Source of the DNA: Pseudomonadota bacterium
GTDB lineage: Bacteria; Pseudomonadota; Alphaproteobacteria; RF32; CAG-239
Reading direction: 5' to 3'
DNA length: 25,279 nt
Assembly: GCA_918234285.1 (NCBI GenBank)
Contig: CAKJXZ020000067.1
Span: forward strand, 1 to 25,279
The notes beneath the pieces are model-generated. The model saw nothing but the letters and a program-made list of their open reading frames with translations, did no database searches and was not told where the DNA came from. The position numbers and the translations under genes were made by a program. Positions 1 to 11,050 of the stretch are shown here, one piece after another. Position 1 is the first letter of the stretch; every line of letters starts with the position of its first letter.

Positions 1-618
1 ATGTATATCAATGCGCTGATTAACGGTATTACGCCGATTCCGGAAGTTGAACCGGCGGTGCGGGCTGATTTGCGGGAGCGTTTGCAAAGTGAAGGATTGA
101 CGCGGTTGTATGTCGAACTGAAGGAGAAAGACCCTGAAATTGCCGCCAAACTCAGCCCGAACGATAAAACGCGGATTGTGCGGGCGCTGGAAATTATCGC
201 CACTACCGGTAAAAAGGTGTCGGAGTGGTATAAGGCGCCGCTGATTAAAAAGTTACCGGAAGCCGAATTTACGGTAGCGAAAATCGTGCCGGAAATCGAG
301 GTAATCGAACAGCGTTGTCGGGCGCGGCTCGATAAGATGGTTGCACTCGGCGCGTTAAAGGAAATTACCGGTTTGCTCGAGCGCGGAATTGATGAAACTT
401 TGCCGGCAATGAAGGCGCTCGGAGTGCCGGAGCTGAGCTTGGCGGTTAAAGGTGAAATGCTGCTTTCCGAAGCGGTGGAACTGGCCAAACTGCACACCAG
501 ACAATATGCCAAACGTCAGCGCACCTGGCTTCGTAATAAGTTGCAGGCGGATATTGAATTTACCGAAGTCTACACAGGTCAGCCGGAATTTACGGCAAAA
601 ATAGCAGATTTGGTGTGA
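1..618 (+). CDS. miaA: tRNA dimethylallyltransferase, 5'-truncated by the window edge
   Basis: Motifs ND..RIVRALEI, KALGVPEL and TRQYAKRQRTWLR are typical of MiaA. The N-terminal P-loop is absent, so the true start lies upstream of the window. Confidence 0.95.
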   Translation: MYINALINGITPIPEVEPAVRADLRERLQSEGLTRLYVELKEKDPEIAAKLSPNDKTRIVRALEIIATTGKKVSEWYKAPLIKKLPEAEFTVAKIVPEIEVIEQRCRARLDKMVALGALKEITGLLERGIDETLPAMKALGVPELSLAVKGEMLLSEAVELAKLHTRQYAKRQRTWLRNKLQADIEFTEVYTGQPEFTAKIADLV

Positions 619-725
619 TACGGTGGCACAAAAAAACAATCTACACATAATCAAAAATATTGCTTGCACATTGTGGCGAGTTGTTATAAAAGGTAAAAAT
701 AACGTTAAAATTTTGGAGATAATAA

Positions 726-1769
<1,044 letters not shown>

Positions 1770-1801
1770 TCGCTTTAAATCGTTGTTAAAAGGAAAATAG
1801 T

Positions 1802-2683
1802 ATGGTGCGTCGCAGTGTGTTGTTGATTCAGACAAGTGAATTAAAGATATTACTGCGACGCCTTTTTATTGCCGTTTTATTCTTCTGTTCGATTTTTTTT
1901 ATTTTGCTCAGTACGGTGGACAGCCCGTTGACTTCGGGGATTAATAAAGCAGCGTTACGGATAACCGGCCCGATTATGCAGGTGGTGGAATATCCGGCGC
2001 GAATTTTGCATCGGGCCTATACTTATTTATATGATTTCAGCCGTATTTATATCGACAATCGCGAATTGCGGGCAGAAAATAAGCAGATGTTAATCTTGCA
2101 AAACAAGGTGCGCAGTCTGGAAGTGGAAAATCAGCTGTTGAGCCGGCTGTTGAATTATACTCCGCCGCCTGAAGCCAATTTTATCAGCGCCAAGATCATT
2201 GCCGAATCCAGTGATAATTTTACCCATATTTTGTTTGTTTATATCGGTGACGAAGCCGTTAAAAAGGGGCAGATTGTGCTGGGCGAAGAAAGCGTTATCG
2301 GCAGGGTGGATACGGTTAGCGGCCAATATGCCAAGGTTATTCTGGTGACCGATATAAATTCCAAAATTCCGGTGGTGGTGGAAAGAACACGGGCACGCGG
2401 TATTTTGAGCGGTGACAATACGGAAATGCCGTCATTAATATTCACACGCTCGACGGCGGATATTCAAGAAGGAGATGTAATCGTCACTTCCGGTGTGGGC
2501 GGAATGTTTCCGGCCGGTCTGCCGATAGGCTTTGTCAGCTTGTTGCAAAGCAACGAAATCAAGGTGGAAACTCTGGCGGATATCAGCCGCATTGAATATG
2601 TGCGGATTGTTGATTACGGTTTGTCGGCCGAGCAGGTAAAGATTTTTGATGATTCTTCCGAAAGCGGCGCAGATGAAAGATAG
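1802..2683 (+). CDS. mreC: Rod shape-determining protein MreC
   Basis: N-terminal TM helix, coiled coil (LRAEN...LEVEN..L..LL) and GDVIVTSGVGGMFPAGLPIG motif; follows mreB. Confidence 0.95.
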   Translation: MVRRSVLLIQTSELKILLRRLFIAVLFFCSIFFILLSTVDSPLTSGINKAALRITGPIMQVVEYPARILHRAYTYLYDFSRIYIDNRELRAENKQMLILQNKVRSLEVENQLLSRLLNYTPPPEANFISAKIIAESSDNFTHILFVYIGDEAVKKGQIVLGEESVIGRVDTVSGQYAKVILVTDINSKIPVVVERTRARGILSGDNTEMPSLIFTRSTADIQEGDVIVTSGVGGMFPAGLPIGFVSLLQSNEIKVETLADISRIEYVRIVDYGLSAEQVKIFDDSSESGADER

Positions 2684-3197
2684 TCTGTACGAAAAATGGA
2701 GATTGTTCTGGCTACACGGTATCCCGTTGTGGACCACGCTCTTATTGATGTTTTTGTGCCTTATTCCATCCGATTTGGTCGGGATAAGTCGTTTTTGCCC
2801 GACCGTCGGTTTGATTTGCGTTTATTATTGGAGTTTGAAACGCGGCTATATTTTCGGGTATATTTCGGCATTTACTGTTGGTTTTTTTATGGATGTGTTG
2901 AGTTCATCGCCGCTCGGGATTAATATTTTGCTGATGATGCTGACGGTTTTTGCGGTACAATGGCCGGCACGGTATTTTCAGAGCGCTTCTTTTTCGGTGA
3001 TTTGGTTTATTTTTGCCGTGGTCGGATTGGGAATATTTGTGCTCAAGTGGCTGTTGCTGTCGGTTTATTATAAGCTGCTGATATCGCCGAATGAGATAAT
3101 GTTTAACTATTTGGCCACCGTGTTGTTTTATCCGCTGGTTGCCGCGATTAATACCGGAATCCAGAAACTTTTGCCGCAAGAGAGAATTAATGAGTGA
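2673..3197 (+). CDS. mreD: Rod shape-determining membrane protein MreD
   Basis: Multi-pass hydrophobic protein with VYYW and GFFMDVLSSSPLG motifs, between mreC and mrdA. ATG at 2673 chosen over the ORF-track start at 2646. Confidence 0.88.
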   Translation: MKDSLYEKWRLFWLHGIPLWTTLLLMFLCLIPSDLVGISRFCPTVGLICVYYWSLKRGYIFGYISAFTVGFFMDVLSSSPLGINILLMMLTVFAVQWPARYFQSASFSVIWFIFAVVGLGIFVLKWLLLSVYYKLLISPNEIMFNYLATVLFYPLVAAINTGIQKLLPQERINE

Positions 3198-5001
3198 TTA
3201 TAATACCGAAAAAAATCATATCCTGAGCCGGCGGTTGGTGATTATTATCTTTATCAATCTGTTGGCTTTTGCGGTGTTGGCGGCACGGCTCTGGTATTTG
3301 CAGGTGTTTGAAGCGGAAAAATATCGGATGTTGTCAGACGAAAATCGTATTTCTACACGTTTTTTGCTTTCTCCGCGCGGTACGATTTATGACCGCAACG
3401 GCGAGATAATCGCCAAAAACGAGCAGAATTTTCAGGCGGTTATAATTGCCGAACAAACCCCGAATATTGAAAAAACACTAGAAGTTTTCAAATCAATTAT
3501 TACCCTGACCGAAGATGAAGAAACGCGGATTAAAAATGATTTGAAAAGCAAAAACCGCTTTATTCCGGTTAAGCTCAAAGAAAATCTGAGTTGGGATGAA
3601 GTTTCGCGGCTTATGTTGCATGCGCCGGATATGCCTGGGGTGGAAATCAGCGAAGGCTTAAATCGCAGATATCCGTACGCCGAACTGTATGCTCATGTGC
3701 TCGGTTATGTCGGGCCGGTGTCGGAAGCCGACCGTAAGGATAATCCGTTGTATATGGTTCCGGGTTTCAAAATCGGTAAATCCGGTTTGGAAAAATATTT
3801 TGATTATAAATTGCAGGGCAAAAGCGGTACGGTAAAGCTGGAAGTTAATGCTTACGGGCGTGTGATGAAAGAAATCGAGCGTGATGCCGGCAAGCAGGGG
3901 GATAACATTACCATCACGGTGGACTCGCGGTTGCAAAAAGCGGCTTATGAAGCGTTTGGAAAACAAAGCGGAGCGGCGGTGGTTTTGGATGTGCATACCG
4001 GCGAAATTCTGGCTATGGTTTCGGCACCGTCATTTGATCCGAATTTATTTACCAACGGTATCAGCTACAAGCATTGGAACGAGCTGTTGAACAACGAGCG
4101 AATGCCGCTGATTGATAAAGCGGTGTCAGGACAATATTCGCCGGGGTCGACCTTTAAAATCGTAGTAGCGTTGGCGGCACTGGAAGCCGGAATTATTAAC
4201 GGCGAAACTCGCTATTATTGCGCCGGCGGTATGGAAATCGGCAATACGCGTTTTCATTGTTGGAACCATTACGGACACGGCAGTTTGAATGTGGTGGAAG
4301 CCTTGAAATATTCGTGCGATATTTTCTTTTATGAAACGGCGTTGCGTTTGGGAGCCGATAAAATCAGGGAGATGGCGCTCAAACTCGGCTTGGGACAAGC
4401 ATCGAATGTGGGATTGGATAATGAAAAGAGCGGCCTGATACCGTCTAAGAGTTGGAAAATGGCCAAATATGACGCGCAGTGGGCGCCGGGCGACAGCGCC
4501 AATACCGGTATCGGGCAGGGGTATGTGTTGGTGACGCCGATGCAATTGGTAACAATGTTGGCGCGCGTGGTTAACGGCGGCTATGCCGTAAATCCGACTT
4601 TTATTAAGCCAACAGAAAAACAGTTAAGTAAAATCAAGCATTTAAACATTTCAAAACGCAATATAGAGCTGGTAAAGCTGGGAATGTATGAGGTGGTAAA
4701 CGGGGTCGGCGGTACTGCCAAAAAGGCCAAGTTCAATTTGGACGGAGCGCGGATGGGCGGTAAAACCGGTACTACTCAAGTGCGACGTATCAGTATGAAA
4801 GAACGCAGAAGCGGTATACGTCATGATTCGCAGTTACCGTGGCGTTTAAGAAATCATGCCTGGTTTATGGGGTATGCACCGGCGGATAATCCGCGTTATG
4901 CGGTGGCGGTTATTGTCGAACACGGTTCATCGGGCAGCGGGGTGGCGGCACCGATTGCTTCAAAGATTTTGCAAGAAACGCTCAAATTGGATATAAAGTA
5001 G
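3190..5001 (+). CDS. mrdA: Penicillin-binding protein 2 (peptidoglycan transpeptidase)
   Basis: RLWYLQV, PRGTIYDRNG, SxxK (PGSTFK), SCD (SxN-equivalent) and KTG (GKTGT) motifs. ATG at 3190 overlaps the mreD end. Confidence 0.96.
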   Translation: MSDYNTEKNHILSRRLVIIIFINLLAFAVLAARLWYLQVFEAEKYRMLSDENRISTRFLLSPRGTIYDRNGEIIAKNEQNFQAVIIAEQTPNIEKTLEVFKSIITLTEDEETRIKNDLKSKNRFIPVKLKENLSWDEVSRLMLHAPDMPGVEISEGLNRRYPYAELYAHVLGYVGPVSEADRKDNPLYMVPGFKIGKSGLEKYFDYKLQGKSGTVKLEVNAYGRVMKEIERDAGKQGDNITITVDSRLQKAAYEAFGKQSGAAVVLDVHTGEILAMVSAPSFDPNLFTNGISYKHWNELLNNERMPLIDKAVSGQYSPGSTFKIVVALAALEAGIINGETRYYCAGGMEIGNTRFHCWNHYGHGSLNVVEALKYSCDIFFYETALRLGADKIREMALKLGLGQASNVGLDNEKSGLIPSKSWKMAKYDAQWAPGDSANTGIGQGYVLVTPMQLVTMLARVVNGGYAVNPTFIKPTEKQLSKIKHLNISKRNIELVKLGMYEVVNGVGGTAKKAKFNLDGARMGGKTGTTQVRRISMKERRSGIRHDSQLPWRLRNHAWFMGYAPADNPRYAVAVIVEHGSSGSGVAAPIASKILQETLKLDIK

Positions 5002-5008
5002 GTGGAAT

Positions 5009-6133
5009 ATGGCGGAATACGGTTTTCACGGGTATGAACGCAGTTGGAAAGATAAACTCTTTTCCATGAGTTTTATGTATATGTTTCTGATTATCCTGCT
5101 GGCGATTATCGGTACCGTAACTCTTTATTCTGCCGCCAACGGTGATTGGCAACCATGGGCAATCCGGCATATTATGCGGTTTGTGACGGCATTTGCGCTG
5201 ATGCTCGGGATGGCGGTTATTGATGCAAAATATTACTATAAAAGCGCTTATGCCTTTTATTTGCTGACGTTTCTGTTGTTGGTGGCGGTTGAATTGACCG
5301 GACATATCGGCATGGGGGCACAGCGTTGGATAAATTTCGGGATTTTTAAGCTACAGCCGTCGGAATTGATGAAAATCGGCATTGTGCTGTTTTTGGCACG
5401 TTATTACAGCGCGATGACGGTGCAGGGGATTAAATCGATACGCGGGCTTATTATTCCGGCAATTATGACTTTGGCACCGGTGGCGCTGATTGCTACCGAG
5501 CCGGATTTGGGAACGGCGCTGATGGTATTGTTGACCGCTTCGGTAATGCTGTTTGCGGTGGGGGTTCAGTGGTGGAAATTTGCGGCGGTGGGTGCGGCTT
5601 TGGCGGCCATGTTGCCGATAGGCTGGAACTTTTTGCACGAATATCAGCAAAATCGGGTGCTGACGTTTTTAGATCCGGAGCGCGATCCGCTCGGCACCGG
5701 TTATCATATTATTCAATCTAAAATTGCATTCGGTTCCGGCGGACTGCTGGGAAAGGGCTTTTTGCACGGCACACAGACGCATCTGAACTTTTTGCCGGAA
5801 AAGCATACGGACTTTATCTTTACCATGTTTTCGGAAGAATTCGGTCTGTTCGGCAGTCTGAGCGTGTTGCTTTTAAATATGCTGGTGTTGGCTCTGGGTT
5901 ATGTGTTTGCTTTTCGCACCCGTAATTATTTTGCACGGCTTACCATGGTGGGATTGAATACCAATTATTTCTTGTATGTTTTCATTAATATTGCCATGGT
6001 TATGGGGGTTTTACCGGTGGTCGGAGTGCCGTTGCCGCTGATTTCGTACGGCGGAACCGTGATGTTTTCGATTATGGCCAGTTTCGGTATAATGCTGTGT
6101 ATGTCGGTAACTTATGACAATTACGAAGAATAA
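5009..6133 (+). CDS. rodA: SEDS peptidoglycan glycosyltransferase RodA
   Basis: GAQRWI, QPSELMK, PDLGTA, LPEKHTDFIF and GVPLPLISYGGT motifs; follows mrdA. Confidence 0.96.
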   Translation: MAEYGFHGYERSWKDKLFSMSFMYMFLIILLAIIGTVTLYSAANGDWQPWAIRHIMRFVTAFALMLGMAVIDAKYYYKSAYAFYLLTFLLLVAVELTGHIGMGAQRWINFGIFKLQPSELMKIGIVLFLARYYSAMTVQGIKSIRGLIIPAIMTLAPVALIATEPDLGTALMVLLTASVMLFAVGVQWWKFAAVGAALAAMLPIGWNFLHEYQQNRVLTFLDPERDPLGTGYHIIQSKIAFGSGGLLGKGFLHGTQTHLNFLPEKHTDFIFTMFSEEFGLFGSLSVLLLNMLVLALGYVFAFRTRNYFARLTMVGLNTNYFLYVFINIAMVMGVLPVVGVPLPLISYGGTVMFSIMASFGIMLCMSVTYDNYEE

Positions 6134-6161
6134 AAAAAGCGCTGCCGGTTAAGACAGCGCT
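6132..6161 (-). terminator. Intrinsic terminator for the convergent minus-strand genes
   Basis: AGCGCTG (6138-6144) / CAGCGCT (6155-6161) stem with an A-run on its left, which is a U-tract on the minus strand. Confidence 0.65.
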
Positions 6162-6182
6162 GAGGAGAAAAACATATATTTT

Positions 6183-7250
6183 CTATACGGTGCGTTCGTT
6201 TCCGTGGTTGAGTGAAGACGGCATGGCTGCACGCTTTTCCTGAACGGAAAGGTTGTGTTGTTGCGGCAGAATATTATCGCGTACCGCAGATATATTCTTT
6301 GCTACGGCAATAGCCTGCTGGGCAACGGATAAGCCTTGACCGAGTTTACTGCGACGGAAACTCTTTTCCATAACCTCACTGTTGCTGATATCAGGAAGTT
6401 CTTTAAGTACGTAATGCGCCAACAGGTCACGAGTTTCGTCTTTGAAGTGTCCGATTTTGGCCTGAATGTTTTTACGTTGAACATACGACAGTAATTCGGA
6501 TTGTCGGTCTTTAAGGTGAGGTTGCAAATCGGCCATAATTGCCACCAATTCTTTCTGATCCATTTTGCCGGCATTAAATTTGCCCAAAACGTGGATGAGC
6601 AATTTTTCAGGCTGATTCGGTTTGATACCCTTGGCTTTGTCGCCGCCCCAATCTTTTTTGATGATGTTGTATTCACTCTGATGGAGGGCCAGGAATTGGC
6701 GATGAATGGCTGCTTTTTCTTCATCAGTGAGATTAGGATTCTCCAACTGAGACGAAAGGTCGTCGCTTTGCATACGGCAACGGGCAAGATCTGCAGCATT
6801 TTCTGCCATATATCCGGCAACAATGGCACCGGAGAAGATACCTTGGGCAATAAGAGATGCTTGAATAATGTCTTCCGGTGCAATAATATTGCGGTATTTA
6901 TCCTCAACTTCGGCGCGGACTTCATCAACATTTCTCTTTTCCGGATGATATTCCATCTCGCGTAAAACATAAATTTCATCGCGTTCGGCCGCTTCCATAA
7001 TTTCCGGAGGCACACGACCGTCATAGCGATCACGCAGAATGGACGGAACTTTCTCCCATACTTCATATTTGTGTACACGCTCGGAATCATTGGCCAAAGT
7101 TTTGATTTCTTCATCAATTTGAGCTTTGGCTTTTTCAATTTCTTCCGGGGTGTTACCGGTAGGAGTTTCGCTCATCAGAGTTCCCAAACGTCCGGCAATG
7201 TCCGGATAGTTTTTGCTCAAGAACTCCATATATTGACTTGTAATATCCAT
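6183..7250 (-). CDS. Hypothetical protein, 355 aa, soluble and helical
   Basis: Long ORF with GGAGG RBS upstream and protein-like composition; no family recognised. Confidence 0.8.
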   Translation of the reverse strand: MDITSQYMEFLSKNYPDIAGRLGTLMSETPTGNTPEEIEKAKAQIDEEIKTLANDSERVHKYEVWEKVPSILRDRYDGRVPPEIMEAAERDEIYVLREMEYHPEKRNVDEVRAEVEDKYRNIIAPEDIIQASLIAQGIFSGAIVAGYMAENAADLARCRMQSDDLSSQLENPNLTDEEKAAIHRQFLALHQSEYNIIKKDWGGDKAKGIKPNQPEKLLIHVLGKFNAGKMDQKELVAIMADLQPHLKDRQSELLSYVQRKNIQAKIGHFKDETRDLLAHYVLKELPDISNSEVMEKSFRRSKLGQGLSVAQQAIAVAKNISAVRDNILPQQHNLSVQEKRAAMPSSLNHGNERTV

Positions 7251-7271
7251 GTTTGCCTCCCTTATAATGTA

Positions 7272-8882
7272 TTATCGCTCGTTTGAGTTGGTCTTACCGA
7301 GCAATAAATTCCGACGATCCAACTGATCTTTTTGAATTTGTGTAAAGACGGATTTTTCTGCATCGCCGAGCTCTTTTACGTCAAACTTTTTGCCTTTATT
7401 AGCCTCTTGCCACAAATCGGCATAGTTTTTGGTGGTTATCTTGCTCTTGGAGATGAAATCTGCAAGTTCTTGGCCTTCAAGTGCCTGTATTTCGCCCTTA
7501 GGATCTTCGGTAATGCCGAGTTTAATCGAAATGTCTTCACGCAACTTTTTAACCTTTTCGGCTCGCGCCTCCGGAGATAATGCATCGTGTTCACCCAGCT
7601 TTTTCTGATCCATATCGTTACGAATACGTTCAAGCCGTTCTTCATTGAAGGTGTTGTTGTCTTTTTGCTGAGCTTCGTTCAATTTACCGCTCAGGGTTTT
7701 GCTGGACATAACAATTTCGGCCGCTTCGGCAATCAGCGCTTTGGCATCGGTAACGGCTTTTTCCGCTTTTTTCTGTTCTTCTTCGCTTTTGCCGCTAAAG
7801 GCCGGACCAGCAACGATTTCCGGCTTTTTGGTTTCCAAATTGGTGGTAACGGCAATCAATCCGTTTTCTTTCATCTTATTGAATTTTTCTTTGATGTCAC
7901 GAATGCTTTCCACCGCTTTGCTCAATTCTTCGACGTTGGATATGGCAGCGGCTTTTTCTTCTTTGGCCGGCTTTTCGCCTTCAGGCTGCGGATTAATGGC
8001 TTCGTTAAGTTGTTTGAAGCGTTCCGGCCCCAATTCCTGACTGAGCTTTTGCAAATCGGCATCCGTAAATTCAGGCTGAGCACCGGTCATGGCGCGACCG
8101 TTCAATAAGCAGGCTGCCTTGAGATGGATGGCCGTATCGTGCGGCATATTGTCGGCAAAATTAATGGTACGGTTTTGGTTATCCGGTTCGTTCAAAATGG
8201 TTTCAAACACCTTGATACCGGCATTTTCCGAAACATTGACATTATCCGGAGAAGAATAGTGAATGGTGGCACCGTCAAACGAAGCCACAAATTCGGTTTT
8301 GTTTTCCTTATCGTAAGTGAAGTCGGTAATCTTACCGGCCGCGGACATGGCAGTATAATCATCAATCTTTTTCTGCACCCAATAAACCGGTTTTTCCGGT
8401 TGCTTTTCTTCTTGCGGAGCCGGAGTATCGTTGATTACGCCGACTTTAAGTTCTTTATTATTTTTCTTCTCGTCGGCTTCTTTTTCAACCATTTTGTCTT
8501 TATCTTTATCATATTCGGCAACCAGTTTACCGTTTTCGCTGCCGTCTTTAATCAGAACCTTATCACCGTCGACAATGTATCCGGCATCGTTGATTTTGCC
8601 CATTACTTCTTCGGCACTGGCGCATTTTTTCCAATCAACACCGGCCTTATCCGCCGCCCACAGTTGAGCTTTGGTCAGTGTAAACTTAGGCTGGTCATTG
8701 CTGTCGCCGCCTTTGGCAGTATCCGGATTGTTGTGTTTATCCATAATCCGTTCCAAATTATCATAATAAATTTGGAACGTTTCGCGCGAAATCTTCGCAT
8801 CCGGTACTTCCATATTGTTATCGGCAAAGCGCTTTTTCATCGCTTCCAGCATTTCTTTTTGTCTGTCGGTTAAATCAGTCAT
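7272..8882 (-). CDS. Hypothetical protein, 536 aa, K/E-rich with coiled-coil character
   Basis: Long ORF with GAGGAG RBS; highly charged, no signal peptide or TM segment; probably co-transcribed with 6183..7250 (21-bp gap). Confidence 0.85.
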   Translation of the reverse strand: MTDLTDRQKEMLEAMKKRFADNNMEVPDAKISRETFQIYYDNLERIMDKHNNPDTAKGGDSNDQPKFTLTKAQLWAADKAGVDWKKCASAEEVMGKINDAGYIVDGDKVLIKDGSENGKLVAEYDKDKDKMVEKEADEKKNNKELKVGVINDTPAPQEEKQPEKPVYWVQKKIDDYTAMSAAGKITDFTYDKENKTEFVASFDGATIHYSSPDNVNVSENAGIKVFETILNEPDNQNRTINFADNMPHDTAIHLKAACLLNGRAMTGAQPEFTDADLQKLSQELGPERFKQLNEAINPQPEGEKPAKEEKAAAISNVEELSKAVESIRDIKEKFNKMKENGLIAVTTNLETKKPEIVAGPAFSGKSEEEQKKAEKAVTDAKALIAEAAEIVMSSKTLSGKLNEAQQKDNNTFNEERLERIRNDMDQKKLGEHDALSPEARAEKVKKLREDISIKLGITEDPKGEIQALEGQELADFISKSKITTKNYADLWQEANKGKKFDVKELGDAEKSVFTQIQKDQLDRRNLLLGKTNSNER

Positions 8883-8939
8883 TTCTTTATCTCCTCGGGT
8901 GTCAGGTTTAATAAAAAATATTAAAAAACCATTTTCTGT

Positions 8940-8968
8940 ATAATAACACGTCTTTTCTGTTTTGTCCA
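8940..8968 (-). promoter_or_regulatory. Putative sigma70 promoter for the two orphan genes
   Basis: Minus strand reads TGGACA-17 nt-TATTAT with a TG extended -10. Confidence 0.5.
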
Positions 8969-8996
8969 GTCTTTTTGTGCAAAAATACCGTACTTT

Positions 8997-9926
8997 TTAT
9001 TTTTTATCGGCCTCTCGAATCATTTTCTTGACTTCTTTCAGGAGTTTGGGGTTGGAGTGCCCGTAAATCGGAACAATTCTGAACTCGGCCTGTGGCAACG
9101 CCATATGTAAATCCCATGCCTGTTTGAGCGGACAGCAAAAATCCATACGATCGTGAGCGATGAGAGTCGGAATATGGCTGATTTTGTCGATGTTGCGCAG
9201 AATCTGGTTTTCGTTGATAAAAAAGCGATTTTTATCGTAATGATGATAAATCCGGGCGCTCTTCAAAACTTTTTCATCAAGCTCTTCTTTTTGCACAAAT
9301 TTCGGATTAAGCTGACCGAGCTTGTGCTCGTAGCTGCCGTAATAAGAAAGCGCCGACAGGTTGTCTTCCGCTTTGTCGGAAAACAGCTGTTTTTCGTAGG
9401 CATCAAAAAATTTCTTCTCCGGTAAGATTTTATGCATTTGTGCCCACAAATCCGGATAAAAGCGCAGGCTGTCGCGTTTTACCCACATATAATCTTCTTC
9501 GCGGGCCAAAAATACGGAAGAAACCACAATGCGGCGCACCATTTTCGGATAAGCCTCGGCAAACAACAGCGCCAGAGTTGAACCCCACGAGCCGCCGTTA
9601 ACCACCACCGGTTCGTTGATATGCAAATAAGCCAAAAGATGAATGGCATCTTGCAACAAATATGATGTTTCGTTGCGGAACAATAAATCGTTGGCCTCGG
9701 ATAAACCGCAACCGCGTTGGTCAAACTGCAAAAAACGATAGCGTTTCAAATCAAAAAGTTTGGCATATTTGGGGCGCGAAGACCCGCCCGGACCGCCGTG
9801 GAAAGACAACACCGGAATTCCGACCGGATTGCCGTATTGATAATAATAAACCCGATGGCCGTCGGTAGTCGGCAGATAACCTTCGTCAAACGGCTTCGGC
9901 ATACGTTGAAACAAATTCCAAAACAT
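8997..9926 (-). CDS. pip: Proline iminopeptidase (alpha/beta hydrolase, peptidase S33)
   Basis: HGGPG, FDQRGCGLS, nucleophile GGSWGSTL, D..CP and GHS motifs. ATG at 9926 has a GGGAG RBS. Confidence 0.9.
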   Translation of the reverse strand: MFWNLFQRMPKPFDEGYLPTTDGHRVYYYQYGNPVGIPVLSFHGGPGGSSRPKYAKLFDLKRYRFLQFDQRGCGLSEANDLLFRNETSYLLQDAIHLLAYLHINEPVVVNGGSWGSTLALLFAEAYPKMVRRIVVSSVFLAREEDYMWVKRDSLRFYPDLWAQMHKILPEKKFFDAYEKQLFSDKAEDNLSALSYYGSYEHKLGQLNPKFVQKEELDEKVLKSARIYHHYDKNRFFINENQILRNIDKISHIPTLIAHDRMDFCCPLKQAWDLHMALPQAEFRIVPIYGHSNPKLLKEVKKMIREADKK

Positions 9927-10037
9927 ATTACTCCCTTTCGTTGTTTGCTTTGAGTATAAATGATTTGTTTTAAGTTGCAAGCATAAAGCGCTGGAGGGCT
10001 CAAAAATTATCCCAAAGGGATAAAAAGGTTAATTTAC

Positions 10038-10065
10038 TTGTTTTTTTGTAAGCGATTGCTATAAT
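10038..10065 (+). promoter_or_regulatory. Putative sigma70 promoter
   Basis: TTGTTT-16 nt-TATAAT with TG extended -10, upstream of the GGAGG RBS of 10095. Confidence 0.55.
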
Positions 10066-10094
10066 AACTTCGTTAATAATTCGGGAGGTAAAAA

Positions 10095-11027
10095 ATGCGT
10101 TTTATAATATTGTTTATCGGGTTATTTATGATAACCGACAGCGCAGCGGCAGTCGAATCAATGGAAGATTATGCCAATCGCTTGCGTGAAGATTTTGAAG
10201 CCAACAAAAATGTAACAAGGGGAGCATTTTCGCCGAACCCGGTAAAAACGGCACCGAAACAGCCGGCAGTGCAACCGAAGCAACCGGAAAAACCTGTAGT
10301 TCAACCGAAGCAACCTGTGGTTCAGCCGAAGCAGCCGGTGATTCAGCCTAAACAGCCGGAAAAACATCATGAGGCCCATAATGACAACAAACGGCACGAA
10401 CACAATAATCATCATGACAAGAAGGATTATGATAAACATCATGCGCCGCATCATGCGCCGCATCATCCGCAGCCTCAACCGGCAGCGCGTACTTCGACTT
10501 ATGTGGTAACTACCTCGTCGGTGCCGTATGTGGTTTCCGGCGGCGGGGTTGTTTATGAGGCCAATCCGCATATTTATTCGGCAAATTCCTATTATTGCAC
10601 CAAGAAAAACGAGTTGAAATATTGCACTGACGGTATCGGCAAAGCGCTGAGCGGCAGAGTGGTACAAAACTACACGGACAGCGTGGCGTACGAAACCTAT
10701 AAAAATGGCTATTTGCACGGCGAAACCTCGGTTTATACGCCGGATGGAACGTTGTTGCAAACAACCAATTATTCCAAAGGTCTGAAACAAGGCAAAGAAA
10801 AGGTTTACTTCGGTAACGGTCGGGTACATTACGTGGCCAATTACAGCCGCGGAGTGTTGAACGGTGAAGTAAAACAATACGACCTTGCCGGTGCGTTGGT
10901 CGGCGAAATGCGCTATAAAAACGGCAGATATACCTCGCGTTATTGCCGTAATGAAACCAGCAACGACTTACTCAGGGCTCGTATTCGCGCCAACGAAAAA
11001 AATGTGTTGATTTTGTGCGCCGATTGA
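10095..11027 (+). CDS. Exported protein with Pro/Gln repeats, His-rich tract and C-terminal MORN-variant (YwqK-like) repeats
   Basis: Signal peptide-like N-terminus (MRFIILFIGLFMITDSAAA); five PKQP units; His-rich stretch; YKNGYLHGETSVYTPDG / YSKGLKQGKEKVYFGNG / YSRGVLNGEVKQYDLAG repeats. Confidence 0.8.
   Translation: MRFIILFIGLFMITDSAAAVESMEDYANRLREDFEANKNVTRGAFSPNPVKTAPKQPAVQPKQPEKPVVQPKQPVVQPKQPVIQPKQPEKHHEAHNDNKRHEHNNHHDKKDYDKHHAPHHAPHHPQPQPAARTSTYVVTTSSVPYVVSGGGVVYEANPHIYSANSYYCTKKNELKYCTDGIGKALSGRVVQNYTDSVAYETYKNGYLHGETSVYTPDGTLLQTTNYSKGLKQGKEKVYFGNGRVHYVANYSRGVLNGEVKQYDLAGALVGEMRYKNGRYTSRYCRNETSNDLLRARIRANEKNVLILCAD
10254..10364 (+). repeat. Coding tandem repeat (V)QPKQP x5
   Basis: Imperfect units of mostly 21 bp, differing largely at synonymous positions. 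Confidence 0.85.
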
Positions 11028-11050
11028 TTGACGGGCAAAAGACCTGAAGA

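Noticed and set aside
6302-7138. 278-aa same-strand alternative-frame ORF inside 6183..7250
   Set aside because: No clear RBS and a K/L/S/W-skewed composition typical of a shifted frame; the enclosing ORF has a strong RBS and natural composition.
7332-8873. Long antisense ORFs (e.g. 8124..8873 and 7587..8108; similarly 10158..10877, 16454..17128, 21008..21613, 22634..23257)
   Set aside because: They are shadow frames of well-supported genes on the opposite strand, with no recognisable motifs.
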